Below, piece after piece: positions 62,413 to 64,000 of a stretch of 64,000 bases of DNA; position 1 is the stretch's first letter, and each line of letters opens with the position of its first letter. A model generated the notes under the pieces. That model was not told the origin of the DNA, searched no databases, and saw nothing but the letters and a program-made list of their open reading frames with translations. A program made the position numbers and the translations under genes. The stretch spans positions 62,186,001-62,250,000 of the forward strand of contig CM060734.1 of NCBI GenBank assembly GCA_030704615.1. Direction: 5' to 3'. The DNA comes from Takakia lepidozioides (Eukaryota; Plantae; Bryophyta).

Positions 62413-63353
62413 CCGTTTCAACAGTTTCAACTCCTGTTCAAACTAGCTTGAGGATCCAGCTTTTCTACAACACCTGCCAGCCCAGCAAAGCTCACAGTCG
62501 ACCTCCGGCCCCAAGAGCGTAGCCAACGTCACCAAGGTAGAATGATTCTGACCTTCAACTCGATTATCCAATGCTCCTTGCAATGCCTCTTGATGTGCTG
62601 CACTCGGCCACTAACACTGGCAGCCATCATCATCTCTTGGTGCATCCACTCTCTCTAGTGTTGCCTAAACCCTTTCACACGTTAGGAAAGCTAAGAGTCA
62701 GCACAGTCGCTCTCCCACTTTCGGCACAGAAGCAGTATCAAGGCGAAGTGTAGGGAGAGACCAACCAGAACAGCCCCCATTCCTTAGTTTGCACATCAGG
62801 TTCTTTCACCATCACTTAACACCTCAATGGCCAATGCAATATATTTACTGGTAGTGACTGCAAGAGGTCATTGGTGCATCTAGTGTGACCCCCCTAGCTC
62901 ACACGCGGGAAAATAGACAACATTGTGCACCGTAAAGCCCTTCAAAGTCTGGCTTCTGTGGCATTCCTGTCTCCTTCCTCCTCTCTCCTCAATTTAAAAC
63001 TTAAAATGAATATAAAGGACTGCAAAGGCAGACCTGTCAAAACAGGGAGTGGAACCAAACCTCACACTGGGCATATGGGACAAGAAACCCAACAAATAAA
63101 AGCATACACCAAGAGGAAAGGAGACGAAAACTCAGAAAAGAAGAGTAGGGCTATTCTCATTCTTGCAGGGGCCAAAAACCCACAGAACTTTTCCTCCCTT
63201 TCCCTCCACTTTCCTATCACATTTACTAGAACCCTAACCCATCCTTCATAAGACTATTCTGCGGATTAGGTCCAAGTCCTGGAACGTACGATTCTGGGGA
63301 TGTATGATTTCCTAGAAGTAAAACCACTTTGTACAGAGAAGCACTTGAAAGAG

Positions 63354-64000
63354 TCAGGGCACTAATTGCAACATGTGAAGCCCTGCATCAAATCCCAACC
63401 CAGTGGTAGCTGCTGGCATTAGTTCCCCATCCACCATACCCCCGAAGATGAGAAGGGAATGCCCGGAGTCCAGAGCACAAGCTCCATGGAAAGACCTCTT
63501 ACTGGGGGGTTGTCCCCATTGCTTGAGTTTCTTCCAGAATTTCTGGGCTAATTTGTTTGCCTTGAACTCTGCTGCATTCTGAGGAAAGCTCAAAATACAG
63601 GATGAAGGTCTGCCAACCAGCACCCCCGCACTGGGATCGAGAATCCAAACATCTCCCTTGCGAAGCCTTCGTGCATCCTCCCCTCCAAATATCAGAATTC
63701 TACCACCGAAAATAAGGGTCGCTGAATGGCCTGCCCGAGGAGGTGGACAGTCATGTAGAGGCTGCAGCTCAGAGGCCCGCAGCTCAAGCCACAATGGCAT
63801 ATCTCCTTCCAGATCTAGCAACCACACATCATTCAACACTTCAAACCTTGTTCCGCGACCTCCAAACAAGACCATGCGCTTGCCCCCAATCCAGGTCAGA
63901 GAATGGCCTGACCTGGCTGACGGTGACACAGGGGTGGCCACTTCATGCCAAGATGGGCAGCTTTCCTCCAAATCCAGCAACCATGTATCCCCTAGTCGCA
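63354..64000 (-). CDS. Kelch-repeat protein 3' exon (At1g51550-like F-box/kelch); 5' part lies outside the window
   Basis: SARSGHSLT..GG.RMVLFGG, PPRAGHSATLIFGGRILIFGG, SKRSFHGAC...LLIFGGMVDG. Confidence 0.85.
   Translation of the reverse strand, partial: RLGDTWLLDLEESCPSWHEVATPVSPSARSGHSLTWIGGKRMVLFGGRGTRFEVLNDVWLLDLEGDMPLWLELRASELQPLHDCPPPRAGHSATLIFGGRILIFGGEDARRLRKGDVWILDPSAGVLVGRPSSCILSFPQNAAEFKANKLAQKFWKKLKQWGQPPSKRSFHGACALDSGHSLLIFGGMVDGELMPAATTGLGFDAGLHMLQLVP

Overview
Eukaryotic nuclear DNA from a land plant, probably seed-free. This is inferred from the PLS-DYW editing factors, the GNA-type lectin, spliceosomal introns and plant TE types. The left third (1-21 kb) is a nest of transposons: a broken Gypsy element, a CACTA-type segment carrying scrambled PPR fragments, and an ~11 kb element with two divergent genes. 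One encodes a GCM/WRKY-like Zn domain. The other is an intron-containing gene fusing a ParB-like domain (DGNHR) to a beta-class N6A/N4C methyltransferase-like domain, and its introns carry about 15 copies of a 24-26 bp palindrome (GTGAWTGKCGGTRCCGMCAWTCAC). The middle (21-47 kb) has a bulb-type lectin and a cluster of PLS-PPR-E-DYW genes and pseudogenes. Several begin with OSB/pTAC9-type 'PDF' ssDNA-binding motifs, and one has five near-identical 303-bp repeats whose recurrent changes fall at RNA-specificity positions. Also present are three partial copies of a CHR24/ERCC6L-like SNF2 gene, a CHD3-type fragment, a Helitron-like element with a viral-type SSB-like remnant, a LINE with a 14-bp TSD and a tRNA-like SINE. 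On the right are ordinary genes: an RluA-family pseudouridine synthase, mitochondrial ribosomal protein mL54 and the 3' part of a kelch-repeat gene. All calls are by eye from motifs; no database searches were run and splice models are manual.
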